Shown: positions 28,985 to 39,485, counted from the stretch's first letter. The stretch is 60,745 nt of DNA from an uncultured bacterium (GCA_903937035.1 CAIZXS010000005.1:1-60745), one strand, 5' to 3'. Numbers and translations are program-made. Notes: generated by a model from the sequence alone, not told the origin.

Positions 28985-29069
28985 GCTAACTTAAAAAACA
29001 ATAGACAATAGCCCGTTTTTTTGCTAAGCTAAAAGCGTAAGAGAAATAATCAACTAACCAAATCTCAAT

Positions 29070-29417
29070 ATGGATAAAAACATTCAAAATGAGCTTAAAG
29101 CTCTTTTATTAAAAGAAAGGGCCGATTTAGAAGATAACCTTGGGAGAATAGCAAGGCCAGTTGATAAGGAAAAGGGCGATTATGAAGCCACTTTCGACAA
29201 TATCGGAACTGATCGCGAAGACAACACAACAGAAGTCGAAGAATACACGGAAAATCTTCCAGTGGAAATGACCTTAGAAAAAAAACTTCAGGATGTAATT
29301 GGCGCATTAGACAGAATAGAGAATAGCACCTATGGAAATTGCGAAAATTGCCAAAAAGAAATTGACATCGAAAGATTAAAAGCAAACCCCAGCGCAAAGA
29401 CCTGCATTAAATGCTAA
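29070..29417 (+). CDS. DksA/TraR C4-type zinc-finger protein
   Basis: ALDRIENSTYGNCENC...IERLKANPSAKTCIKC. Confidence 0.9.
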   Translation: MDKNIQNELKALLLKERADLEDNLGRIARPVDKEKGDYEATFDNIGTDREDNTTEVEEYTENLPVEMTLEKKLQDVIGALDRIENSTYGNCENCQKEIDIERLKANPSAKTCIKC

Positions 29418-29851
29418 AATCAAAAAAATTGATGCTGTTTAGCCAAAAAATCAAAAAAAAAGCAGAATTATCCCTGATCGCTCTCTCTTTAATCATACTC
29501 GACCAATTGACCAAATATTTAATCCGCTTTTTTGGCGGATTTTATATTTGCAACAAGGGGATTGCATTTGGAATAAGCCTGCCGCATTGGTTAATATTAG
29601 GACTTATTATCGCTATTATTTTTTTTACTGGTTTTTTAATTTTAAATTTGAAATTAGAAATTTTAAACCAATTTTCAAATTATCCTCTCGTTTTAATCCT
29701 ATCTGGCGCTATTTCCAATCTATTTGACCGATTATATTTCGGTTGTGTAATTGATTTTATCGATCTAAGAATCTGGCCTATCTTCAATTTAGCTGATATT
29801 TTTATTTGCCTGGGAGCTTTTCTTTTAATAATAAAATTAAATAAAAAATAA
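29411..29851 (+). CDS. lspA: lipoprotein signal peptidase II
   Basis: DQLTK, N.GIAFG, GAISNLFDR, VIDFI and FNLAD. Confidence 0.92.
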   Translation: MLKSKKLMLFSQKIKKKAELSLIALSLIILDQLTKYLIRFFGGFYICNKGIAFGISLPHWLILGLIIAIIFFTGFLILNLKLEILNQFSNYPLVLILSGAISNLFDRLYFGCVIDFIDLRIWPIFNLADIFICLGAFLLIIKLNKK

Positions 29852-29855
29852 ATTC

Positions 29856-31382
29856 ATGTCTGCAAAAGTCTTTTCGGCCGCCGTTATCGGCCTCAAGAGC
29901 GCATTAGTCGAAGTAGAAGTAGACACGCTTTCTGCTGGAATGCACCACTTTAATATTGTGGGACTGCCAGACACCGCAATCAAAGAATCACAAGATCGCG
30001 TCAGCTCGGCCATCAAAAATAGCGGGTTAATCGCGCCTCATCGCTGTGGTAGGATCACGGTCAACCTCGCACCAGCCGATTTGCCGAAAGTCGGCCCTCT
30101 GTATGACCTGCCGATTGCACTCGGATTCCTGCTTGCCACAAAACAAACTTCTTTTGACCATACAAACAAGCTCTTTATTGGTGAACTCTCTTTAGACGGG
30201 AGGATTAGACCTGTGAAGGGAGTTCTGCTTGTCGCATTACTCGCCAAAGAAAAAAACATTAATACACTCTTCGTTCCATCAGAAAATGCCAAAGAAGCTT
30301 CGATTATTGAAAATTTAAACATCATTGCCGTCTCGAATCTCAAAGAATTACTTGATCACCTAGAAAATAGATCGGCAATAAATCTATTCCCCAAAACTGA
30401 TTTAGAAAAACTCTTTCAGGAAGAAAATCATCTATATGACATGAAAAATATCAAAGGCCAAGAGCACGCTAAAAGAGCATTGGAAATTGCATCGGCAGGC
30501 GCGCACAATATCATTCTTAATGGCCCACCAGGTTCAGGCAAGACACTTCTTGCTAAAACAATGACTTCAATATTGCCCAGACTCACCGTTTCAGAAGCGC
30601 TAGAAGTAACGAAGATATTTTCAGTTGCGGGCTATCTTCCCAAAGAAAATAGCCTCATCACAAAAAGGCAGTTTCGTTCACCTCACCATAGCGCTAGCGC
30701 GGCTTCTTTGGTTGGTGGCGGAACATTCCCAAGGCCAGGAGAGATTAGTCTTGCTCATCGTGGTATACTGTTTTTAGATGAGTTTTCCGAGTTTTCTCGC
30801 GCGGTCCTTGAAAACCTTCGCCAACCACTTGAAAATGGCATCATCACAATTTCCCGCGCTCAAGGCACATTGGAATTTCCCGCTCGTTTTACGCTCGTGG
30901 CCGCGATGAATCCGTGTCCCTGCGGAAATGCAACTGACCCAGAAAAGGCTTGTTCCTGTAGCCCGGGGAATATCATCCGCTATCAAGCCAAAATCTCCGG
31001 ACCAATCCTTGATCGCATCGATCTTCACATCGAAGTTCCCAGATTAAAATTTGAAAAACTGTCTGAGGACAGCCAACAAGAAAGCTCGGATAGTATTCGC
31101 AAGCGCGTTGAAAAAGCCCGCAAAATCCAAAAGGATCGCTTCCTGGATTCAAAGATCATTTCTAATTCAGAAATGGAGAGCGAACAAATCAAAAAATATT
31201 GCCAACTAGACGAAGCCGGAGCTGAACTCATGAAAAACGCCCTATCTCGATTTTACCTCAGTGCCAGAGCTTATTTTCGCATAATTAAAGTCGCAAGAAC
31301 AATCGCCGATCTCGAAGAAGCAGAAAATATACAAACCAACCATATCGCTGAGGCCATCCAGTATCGATTCAAAAGCGAATGA
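29856..31382 (+). CDS. comM: ComM/YifB Mg-chelatase-like AAA+ ATPase
   Basis: IVGLPD, NLAPADLPK, GPPGSGKT, FRSPHHSAS, PGEISLAHRGILFLDE and AMNPCPCG. Confidence 0.93.
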   Translation: MSAKVFSAAVIGLKSALVEVEVDTLSAGMHHFNIVGLPDTAIKESQDRVSSAIKNSGLIAPHRCGRITVNLAPADLPKVGPLYDLPIALGFLLATKQTSFDHTNKLFIGELSLDGRIRPVKGVLLVALLAKEKNINTLFVPSENAKEASIIENLNIIAVSNLKELLDHLENRSAINLFPKTDLEKLFQEENHLYDMKNIKGQEHAKRALEIASAGAHNIILNGPPGSGKTLLAKTMTSILPRLTVSEALEVTKIFSVAGYLPKENSLITKRQFRSPHHSASAASLVGGGTFPRPGEISLAHRGILFLDEFSEFSRAVLENLRQPLENGIITISRAQGTLEFPARFTLVAAMNPCPCGNATDPEKACSCSPGNIIRYQAKISGPILDRIDLHIEVPRLKFEKLSEDSQQESSDSIRKRVEKARKIQKDRFLDSKIISNSEMESEQIKKYCQLDEAGAELMKNALSRFYLSARAYFRIIKVARTIADLEEAENIQTNHIAEAIQYRFKSE

Positions 31383-31398
31383 GCGTGTTTCAAGAAAA

Positions 31399-32352
31399 AT
31401 GCCCAGAAAACCCATCAAATCCTTTTTTAAGCTTATTCTTTTCCTATCCATCTCCTATGTTTTATGGACCATTTTTTTTCATGCCCCAAAAAGAGAATTA
31501 CTTTTTGAGTCGAGGACTAAATCCGTCACTCTTTCTGATAATGGGCTTAAAACTAGGCTAAATACGAGTGCGCAGACTGTGGATAACTTTCTTACGGAAC
31601 AAAAGATCGCCCTTTCCGCTCAAGATGAACTAATCCCTGACAAATCCCAGGTGATTCTACCAGGAGAAAATATCACTATCCGCAGAGCACTAAAAATAAA
31701 AATATTGGTTGATGGAAAAAAGATTGAAAATCACACCTTATCAAATAGCCTCTCCTTGGCCTTAAAAGAAAACAATATCATATTGGGTCGCCTAGACAAA
31801 ACTGTCCCAGATATAAATGGCCTCCTAGAAAACAATTTGGAAATCACAGTTACTCGCATTAATGTGGAAGAAAAGATCATTCCGGAAGATATCGCTTTCA
31901 AAACTACCGAAAAAACTGATAGTAAATTGAGCTGGAGAGAAAAGAAAACAGAAATCACAGGGGAGAAAGGCATCCGTGAAGTTAAATATAAGATTACTTA
32001 CAAAAATAATAAAGAAGTTTCCCGCGTCATTTTGGAGAAAAAAATAACTAAAGAACCGGTGGCGGAAGTAATCACACAAGGAACATATGTCAAAACCGGA
32101 GCAGCCAAAAAAGGTCAGGGGACTTGGTATGCTTTCAAGGGAGGGCTGTTTGCCGCCAGCACCACCATTCCAAGGGGTGGCTACGCCAGAGTGACCAACA
32201 CTGCTAATGGCAAGTCAGTCATGGTTCAAATCAACGACTACGGCCCCCAAGGCAAAGGCCGCATCATCGACCTCGACAAAGTCGCTTTCGCCAAAATTGC
32301 CTCACTTGGCGCTGGAGTAATTGGCGTTAAAGTTGAAGAGGTGCTAAATTAA
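31399..32352 (+). CDS. DUF348 + G5 + RlpA-like DPBB cell-wall protein (YabE/RpfB-like architecture)
   Basis: TM anchor, ubiquitin-like DUF348 repeats, G5 (GEKG..EV.Y...EPVAEVITQGT) and DPBB (VTN..NGKSV.V.INDYGP...RIIDL). Lies upstream of rsmA. Confidence 0.85.
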   Translation: MPRKPIKSFFKLILFLSISYVLWTIFFHAPKRELLFESRTKSVTLSDNGLKTRLNTSAQTVDNFLTEQKIALSAQDELIPDKSQVILPGENITIRRALKIKILVDGKKIENHTLSNSLSLALKENNIILGRLDKTVPDINGLLENNLEITVTRINVEEKIIPEDIAFKTTEKTDSKLSWREKKTEITGEKGIREVKYKITYKNNKEVSRVILEKKITKEPVAEVITQGTYVKTGAAKKGQGTWYAFKGGLFAASTTIPRGGYARVTNTANGKSVMVQINDYGPQGKGRIIDLDKVAFAKIASLGAGVIGVKVEEVLN

Positions 32353-32378
32353 CTATCACCCAATAATCTTAGCAATAT

Positions 32379-33209
32379 ATGACAACAACCAAACCAAAAA
32401 AATCCTTAGGTCAAAATTTTCTCCGGGACATTGCTGTTTTGGACAAAATCATCGAGTCTGCCAATTTAAGCGTGGCTGATTTTGTGATTGAAGTTGGGCC
32501 TGGAGAAGGAGTTTTGACAGAAAGATTAATGAAGCGTGCCAAAAAAGTGGTCGCGATTGAAATCGACAAGGACTTGGCCTTGAGACTGGATTCCCGCCTA
32601 CGCGGGAATGACAAAGTGGAGATTATAAATGCTGATATCTTGGAAATTAATTTACCGGAATTGATTGAAGCCAAGACGAGGCAATGCCTCGTCTCTACGG
32701 ACATTAATAATTATCCATACAAAGTCATTGCCAATATCCCTTACTACATCACTTCGCCGATTATTCGCTTGTTTTTGGAAACCAAATATCCACCAACAGA
32801 AATGCTCCTCATGGTACAAAAAGAAGTGGCCGAGCGCATCTGCGCCAAAGCGGGAAAGTTGAGCATTCTTGCCCTGTCTGTTCAATATTATGCCACGCCG
32901 GAATTGCTTTTTACTGTCCCAAAAACAGCATTCTTCCCTGTGCCAGAGGTTGATAGTGCTATTATCCGCATCACAAGAAATAGCAATCAGGAAACAGTAA
33001 ACAACGAACAAGAAAAAAAGAAATTTTTCAAAATTGTCAAGGCGGGATTTTCCGCCAAAAGAAAAACGTTAGTTAATAATCTTTCCAGTAGCTTGCAACT
33101 AGAAAAAGCTATTATCGAAGAAGAATTAAAACAAATTGGGATTTCTCCAAATCAAAGGGCGCAGGAATTGCAGCTGGAAGACTGGAAAAGCTTATCTAAA
33201 TCTCTATAG
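32379..33209 (+). CDS. rsmA: 16S rRNA m6,2A dimethyltransferase KsgA, with repeat-derived in-frame insertions
   Basis: KKSLGQNFL, EVGPGEG, ANIPYYIT, QKEVAER, FFPVPEVDS and KRKTL.N. Confidence 0.96.
   Translation: MTTTKPKKSLGQNFLRDIAVLDKIIESANLSVADFVIEVGPGEGVLTERLMKRAKKVVAIEIDKDLALRLDSRLRGNDKVEIINADILEINLPELIEAKTRQCLVSTDINNYPYKVIANIPYYITSPIIRLFLETKYPPTEMLLMVQKEVAERICAKAGKLSILALSVQYYATPELLFTVPKTAFFPVPEVDSAIIRITRNSNQETVNNEQEKKKFFKIVKAGFSAKRKTLVNNLSSSLQLEKAIIEEELKQIGISPNQRAQELQLEDWKSLSKSL
32586..32698. repeat. two REP-like palindromes inside rsmA
   Basis: CTGGATTCCCGCCTACGCGGGAATGACA (32586-32613, LDSRLRGND) and AGACGAGGCAATGCCTCGTCTCTAC (32674-32698, KTRQCLVST). Confidence 0.8.
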
Positions 33210-33218
33210 GGCAAAAAA

Positions 33219-34829
33219 TTAAACAAAAATGATCTTCACCGCTAGAAGGCCATAAAGAGAAACTACGGCCAGAATCCACCAAAAGACACGCCTTGGGTGG
33301 ATTTTTTTGTTGATCATAATCAGGAAAGCCGCACTACCAAACAAAATCGCCCACCAGAAAAGCCGAAATTCATTGAGGAAAAAAATGCTTAACATGAACG
33401 AGATAAAAATCCCTGACGCCACAATTAGGCGTCCCTTTTCTTCTCCAAAAATCACCGGAACAGTGTACACCCCATCTTTTTTGTCGCCTTCAATATCCTT
33501 GAAATCCTTTATTGGCAATGAAAATGTATATGCGATAATTAGCAAAAAAATCACTCGCCAAGACAGATTGGTAATGGTTTGATCTGGTGAGAAAAAAATA
33601 AAGCCAGAAAAAAACACCGTAAGCAACGTTAACGCGCTGAGCAAAGAGGCAATAAGTGCAAATCTTTTCAAGCGAAATGGTTCCGCTGAATAAAACCAGG
33701 CCATAATTTGGTACACCAAAAGCAATATTCCAAACTTGTAGTGCACCAATAGTCCACCAATAATCGAAAGAAAAAACATAATAGCGCCTAATTGCACATA
33801 TTGGCTAAAAGTAAAAATACCTCTTTGCAAGGGTCTCTCTGGGTTAGAAAGCATATCCACGCGATAATCGAAAATATCATTAACAACCACCGACGCCTCC
33901 CAAGCAAGAAGCACGCTACTCAAAATCACAACAACGGCCAAAAAGGAGAACAAATTCAAACTAAAATTTTCCGGATATGTAATAAGTCCTATTCCAAGCC
34001 CCAAAAACAGTAAGCCCCCGTGGAAGATAACCTGTGGATAACGAAGATTGCGCATGACTGCCCAAAACATTTTTGACTCTGACTTCCAAAAGAAATAGAC
34101 CAAAATAGCCAGACTGAGAGGGAAATAAACCAAATTCAAATTGTGGGCCAGGGTATAGGCTGGATCGGAAAGCGCAATACCAAAATATTGAGCTTTGGCA
34201 AAAAATTGAACAATCTCAAATGAATGTAGAGATAAAATTGCCTTTCGCTCAATCAAACAAGAAAAATAATAACAAAGCGAAGGAAAGGCAGCCATGAAAA
34301 ATAATGCCGAATATGTGCCAAGTGCGGTAAAAATGGTCCTTGAAACTTTCCGAGTCTTCATTCCAACCAAGGCTGTCATCACCAATATCCCAATAATAAA
34401 AGTGATTTTTGTGCCAAAATATACCACGCCAGAAGGAAGATGCCCGAAAATAGTCACGTATTGCCAAGACAAATCAACTGGAGTGCTTATGAGATAGAAA
34501 CTCCAAAACACTTCGCTTCCGGTTCGAATGAGGTCAAAAATGGGTGGAAAAATAATTGCCAGTGACGCCCAAAGCATGAGATAGGCGAGATCAAAGGGCT
34601 TTTTTTTGAGGATTACGCATAAAACAATCCAGACAAGAGCAAAAGAGAGAAAAAAGAAAAGTAGGTTATGAATATCCATCACCAGATCAAACAGGGGAGA
34701 GTTAGACTTTGCGATAAATTTGTCTACATATAAACGAAGGACGATGATCCCGGAAAAATTCAAACACCAAAAAACCGGGTCAATCTTTTTTCCCAAAACA
34801 TTATCAATAAATTTCACCAATTTATTCAT
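33219..34829 (-). CDS. UbiA-superfamily prenyltransferase with an N-terminal membrane extension
   Basis: NDIFDYRVD...NPERPL..G, YSAEPFRLKR and KDFKDIEGDKKDGVYTVP. Confidence 0.85.
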   Translation of the reverse strand: MNKLVKFIDNVLGKKIDPVFWCLNFSGIIVLRLYVDKFIAKSNSPLFDLVMDIHNLLFFFLSFALVWIVLCVILKKKPFDLAYLMLWASLAIIFPPIFDLIRTGSEVFWSFYLISTPVDLSWQYVTIFGHLPSGVVYFGTKITFIIGILVMTALVGMKTRKVSRTIFTALGTYSALFFMAAFPSLCYYFSCLIERKAILSLHSFEIVQFFAKAQYFGIALSDPAYTLAHNLNLVYFPLSLAILVYFFWKSESKMFWAVMRNLRYPQVIFHGGLLFLGLGIGLITYPENFSLNLFSFLAVVVILSSVLLAWEASVVVNDIFDYRVDMLSNPERPLQRGIFTFSQYVQLGAIMFFLSIIGGLLVHYKFGILLLVYQIMAWFYSAEPFRLKRFALIASLLSALTLLTVFFSGFIFFSPDQTITNLSWRVIFLLIIAYTFSLPIKDFKDIEGDKKDGVYTVPVIFGEEKGRLIVASGIFISFMLSIFFLNEFRLFWWAILFGSAAFLIMINKKIHPRRVFWWILAVVSLYGLLAVKIIFV

Positions 34830-35049
34830 GAGTTCAGCTCGCTTATTCTTTTTTTAATTATACAGAAAGACCCCAAAAAAATAAAGGCTTCGAAAAACGA
34901 AAATGCCCACTCTTTTGTCGATTAATCTAAGCCAATAAATGGCAAATGTGAAAAAATATATCCGACTACTTTTTGAAACTAAATTTGATTTCGAAAAATC
35001 CATTTTGGCCCTTCACAGATTGATAACTATTGTGGTATAATTTCGCTAT

Positions 35050-36165
35050 ATGAAAATAAAAAATATTAGCCTTCCTTTTTTCATTCTCGCAATTCTGATT
35101 GTCTCCAGTTTTGCTTTTTATGTTGGCGCAGAAAACAATTCTACTAAGAGTATTTTTCTTGATAGCGACCAAGATGGCCTTTCCAATGAAGAAGAGGTCG
35201 TTTATGGTACAAACCCAAACAATCCCGATACCGATGGGGATGGATATTCTGATGGAGCCGAAGTACGCAGCGGTTATGACCCAACAAAAAAAGCTCCTGG
35301 TGACAAGCTCGCCGGATTTGCGACAGCGTCAAAGACAGATTCTTCCGGCGTTGCTGGCGACAGTGACCAATCCAATGCCGTCTTGGGAGACTCCTCAGAA
35401 AAAAACCTCACGATAGATATTGCCCAAAAAATAAGTGAGCTCGCTGAAAAGTCATCTACCGACAGCACTCCGATTTCCCTAGATGAATTGCAAGCAACAA
35501 TCAACCCCGCTCTTGATGCCAGCGCAATCTCAGAAGATGATCTTCCACAAGTTGATCCAAAAGACATAAAGATAAAAAAACAAAACTACACCAATCTTAG
35601 CACTGAAAAAGCTACAGCCAAGAAAAAAGAGGATTGCGTTGACTACTTAACTGCTATAGCATACATCTTCACTAGCAACTCACCAGAACCAATCACAAAA
35701 CTACCAGATGCCTCTGATATGATTTCAAAAATCACAAGAACAATCACAACAGCGGTTACAACACAAAGCTCGGCTGGACTGAAAGAACTCGTTGCTAGCC
35801 AGCAAAAAGTCGTGGAACAACTAAAGGCTGTGGAAGTTCCCGAAGACTTGGTAGACATTCACACTAAGGCGCTGCGCTTCGCACTATATTCAGAAGGCTT
35901 AGGATCGCTTTTTCAAGCAAAAGCAGACGACCCAATGAGCAGCATCGCCAATCTTTCCAAGCTACAAGGATTCATTTCTGTTTTTAGCGATTTTTCCACA
36001 GAAGCGCAAAGCAAATTCTCAGAATATGGCCTGACCTATGATGAAAGCGTTCAGAAAAAGTTGAAAAGCTATGGCATCGATGCGCCAAAAGATTTGAGCG
36101 GGCTAGAAACACTATTGAAAATTGACACAACGACAACAACTGCAACAGAGACCACAACGCCATAA
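35050..36165 (+). CDS. exported protein with a thrombospondin type-3-like Ca-binding repeat
   Basis: N-terminal TM/signal; [33 protein letters not shown]. Confidence 0.8.
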   Translation: MKIKNISLPFFILAILIVSSFAFYVGAENNSTKSIFLDSDQDGLSNEEEVVYGTNPNNPDTDGDGYSDGAEVRSGYDPTKKAPGDKLAGFATASKTDSSGVAGDSDQSNAVLGDSSEKNLTIDIAQKISELAEKSSTDSTPISLDELQATINPALDASAISEDDLPQVDPKDIKIKKQNYTNLSTEKATAKKKEDCVDYLTAIAYIFTSNSPEPITKLPDASDMISKITRTITTAVTTQSSAGLKELVASQQKVVEQLKAVEVPEDLVDIHTKALRFALYSEGLGSLFQAKADDPMSSIANLSKLQGFISVFSDFSTEAQSKFSEYGLTYDESVQKKLKSYGIDAPKDLSGLETLLKIDTTTTTATETTTP

Positions 36166-36247
36166 CATGAGATGTAACGCTTTTTGCAAGCAAAAAAACA
36201 AAGACACACTAAATTTTCCGTGTCTTTGGGGTCTATATCAAAAAAAA

Positions 36248-37266
36248 TGCAAGAAAACTCCAAAAAACAAAAAAACTATTTTTCAAAAAAATTCACAGCT
36301 TTCTTGCTTTCTTTTGTGTTGTTTTTTCTTACTCTTTCTGCTCCACAAAAAGCTGCTGCTTGGGACGCCATTCCTGGAGCAATCTTCAAGCAAGCCACGG
36401 AAGAAATCTCCTATTCTATTAAAGGCATGATGATGGGATCATTGAAACAAGCCGCGATTAAAATGCTTTCCAAGCAAATGGATCGCTTCATTTCAGGCGT
36501 TTCGGGAAACGGCGCAAAATTTATCACCAATTGGGAAGACTATTTGATTGATAACCCAACAAGAAACGCCCAGCGCTATGCTAATGACTATGTCAGTCGC
36601 GCTCTTTCTGGCAAAGGCAGCGTCAGCTATAAAAAAGCCAGCAATTCTGTCTTGGGCGCCAGCACAATTGCCGGGGAAGGATTTGGAAAAGAGGCAGTTC
36701 TCGGCGACTCAGCTGAAAGCGTAAATTATGCCGAAACAATCCAAACTATGGCCCAAGATGAAATTCTCGAGCCAAAGGAGTGGCAGCTTAGTTACCCAGA
36801 TGATCCAAAAGACATGTTCGAAAGTGATACACTTGCCAATATGAATCTCTATATCAATGGAGATGGCAATGGCGGAAACACAATTTGGAACGCAGAATCA
36901 GCAGTGGCCAAAGAATATGCAACAAAACTGGAAAATGAAAAAAGTCAGGCTTATGCCGAAGGTGTTTCGGGTCAAGGCTTTTTGGGTGAAAAAATCGATG
37001 GAATGGTGGCAAAACCAGGAATATTGTTCAAAGAAATGGAGGCCAACATGGAAAATCTTCCAAATCTCGCCATTTCCAGTGCAACAAGTATCGGAGAGTT
37101 GGTTGCCGCCACTGTTTCGAAGGCAATAACGGGAGTTATCAATAAAACCATCAGTGGAGTGGAAAAAACTATCAACAAAGAAGTGAACAAGATTACAGAT
37201 AAGGCCGTCAAAGAAGTCAACAAAAAAGTCAACTCCTACGGACCAGGAGCACTATATACAAAATAG
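36248..37266 (+). CDS. exported hypothetical protein (T4SS-like locus)
   Basis: Signal peptide ending AAA-W; co-oriented and tightly coupled with the next gene. Start uncertain. Confidence 0.7.
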
Positions 37267-37268
37267 CT

Positions 37269-39485
37269 ATGTTGTTTTTCTTGAAATTGAAACAAAAAAT
37301 ATCAAAAACAATATTAACAAGATCACAAAAAAATTATCTTGCTGTTTTGTCTTTGGTGCTTATGTTTGTTTTTCTATATCCACATAGTGCTCTAGCTATC
37401 GACAATCCTGTCACATGGGCAGTTAAACTCCTACTTCAAGCCGTCCTTCAATTTTGTTCTCTGCTTCTTTCTATGGCAGAAACTATTTTCAAATGGATTG
37501 TCAATGCGGACAATATGAAAGCCGTTATGGATAATGATATTGTCTATGGAACATGGCGCACAGTACGCGATGTTTTTAACGTGGCATTCATTATGGTGCT
37601 CCTCTTTTCCGCCTTTGCAACCATCTTTCAAGCTCCTTCCAATTTTAATTACAAAAAAATCCTACTCAATCTAGTTATTATGGCCCTTTTGGTTAATTTC
37701 AGTTATCCAATTGCACGCTTCATTATTGACGCATCAAATATGATGATGTTTGGCTTTCTTAAAAATCTTGGAGGCACAAACTCATTTATGAAAATCATAG
37801 AAGATAGTCATATCAGTGGGATATTCACTGCAACTAAGCCAGACCTCCTCTATCTACTTTCTGCTATCGTTTTTACCTTCATTTTTGCTGTAACATTACT
37901 CGTCATTGCAGTTCTCTTGGTAATCAGAACCATTGCACTCACAATTTACATCATTTTTTCACCAATTGCATTTATTGGACCAATCGTACCAGGCACAGCG
38001 ATTGCTTCCGCTGGCAGTGACTGGTGGAAAGAATTCATGAAATATTGTTTCTCTGGACCGACAATGATTTTCATGTTGTACATCGCCAGCCGCATGTTTT
38101 CCGCCATAAGCTCACAGCAGATACAAATGGGTACCATAGCACTAACGCAAGTTCCAGGTGCCGATGTCACACCAGCGTTAAGTAATTTAATTCGTGATGC
38201 ATCTTTTTTCTCCTTGCCAATTGTCATCCTCTGGCTCGGCATTATTCAAGCTCAAAAATCTGGCATTGCTGGGGCTGGAGCAGTGGTTGCAATGGGCACA
38301 AAGGCAATAAATAAAGCAGGGAAATGGGCGAGTGGAGGGCAATTCGCCAGCAACGCATACAAATCTTACAGCTCGAGAAGGGCAAAAGCCAAGGAAGATG
38401 ATTGGTCAGCAAAATTGGGCAATTGGGCTGGAGGAAAAGTCGACCAGGGTCGCGGAAAGCTTTGGGGTGGCAGAGATGCTCGGCTGCGCTATGAAAATGA
38501 TGATGCATCAAGAAAGAAAAAAGAGGCAGAAAGAATGGATACCGCAAATATGGGCATCAATGATTTGCACAACCTTGCGACATCTGGAAATAAATACCAA
38601 AGCGCAGCTGCAATTGAAGAATTAATTAATCAAAATTCCTTCGACATGAGCGACCCAGCAAGCGCAGCTGCTTATGCAAAAATGCGCCAAGAATTTGGAG
38701 AAACAAGTCAAGTCTTCAATCAAATTAACAACAAACTCAAAGCTTTTGATCCTGTTTCTGCCTTTGCGCACATAACAAATGCGACCGAGAGACAAGCCAG
38801 AACAGTTGAATATATAAATAGCAACAAATTCAAGGCTGACAACCTAGGAGCGAACTCACTTGGCAATGCAGCCTTCATGGAAACGGCTTTCAAAGAAAGC
38901 GCCATCACCAATGATGATCTTGAAAAACTAAGGAAGAAGAGCGCAGCACACGAAAGAAACATGCTTTCATCATTAGGAGCTACCGCAAACAATGTTGGCG
39001 ATCCTGGCATGCTAGAAAATAATATCGCGGCATTAAGGACACAACCGCAAACAGCAGATAGGGATGCGCAAATAGCACAGATGGACAGAGACTTGAGAAT
39101 AGCTCGAAGTGTCCATACTTCCCACTTTGCCCAAACTGGAAACTTCCACAGCTCTTTAGCTGAAGATCCTAGCATAACCGATCAAACAGAGATAGACATG
39201 CGGCAAGCATCAAGAGCACACATCATAAGCCGATTAAAACCAGACACTATGAAAAGAATGCAAAGAATCAATACTGGAGACCCTGGAAGAGATGAGGCGC
39301 AAAGAACAGAATTTGTGGAAAATCTCAATTCAAATAGATTCAAAGCTATAATGACCAATGACGAATTGGATGGAAATGTAGCAGCCGATCTTCTTAATAC
39401 AGCGCGAATGATGCCATCAACAGGCCCAGGAGGAAAGAATACATACAAAGCTGACCATGACATTGATTTGTTAAATATACGATAA
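37269..39485 (+). CDS. VirB6/TrbL-like polytopic membrane protein
   Basis: W..VRD..N..FI..LL..AFATI, ALLVNFS..IAR.IIDA, R.IAL..Y.IFSPIAF and WWKEF, with a long helical C-tail. Confidence 0.65.
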   Translation: MLFFLKLKQKISKTILTRSQKNYLAVLSLVLMFVFLYPHSALAIDNPVTWAVKLLLQAVLQFCSLLLSMAETIFKWIVNADNMKAVMDNDIVYGTWRTVRDVFNVAFIMVLLFSAFATIFQAPSNFNYKKILLNLVIMALLVNFSYPIARFIIDASNMMMFGFLKNLGGTNSFMKIIEDSHISGIFTATKPDLLYLLSAIVFTFIFAVTLLVIAVLLVIRTIALTIYIIFSPIAFIGPIVPGTAIASAGSDWWKEFMKYCFSGPTMIFMLYIASRMFSAISSQQIQMGTIALTQVPGADVTPALSNLIRDASFFSLPIVILWLGIIQAQKSGIAGAGAVVAMGTKAINKAGKWASGGQFASNAYKSYSSRRAKAKEDDWSAKLGNWAGGKVDQGRGKLWGGRDARLRYENDDASRKKKEAERMDTANMGINDLHNLATSGNKYQSAAAIEELINQNSFDMSDPASAAAYAKMRQEFGETSQVFNQINNKLKAFDPVSAFAHITNATERQARTVEYINSNKFKADNLGANSLGNAAFMETAFKESAITNDDLEKLRKKSAAHERNMLSSLGATANNVGDPGMLENNIAALRTQPQTADRDAQIAQMDRDLRIARSVHTSHFAQTGNFHSSLAEDPSITDQTEIDMRQASRAHIISRLKPDTMKRMQRINTGDPGRDEAQRTEFVENLNSNRFKAIMTNDELDGNVAADLLNTARMMPSTGPGGKNTYKADHDIDLLNIR

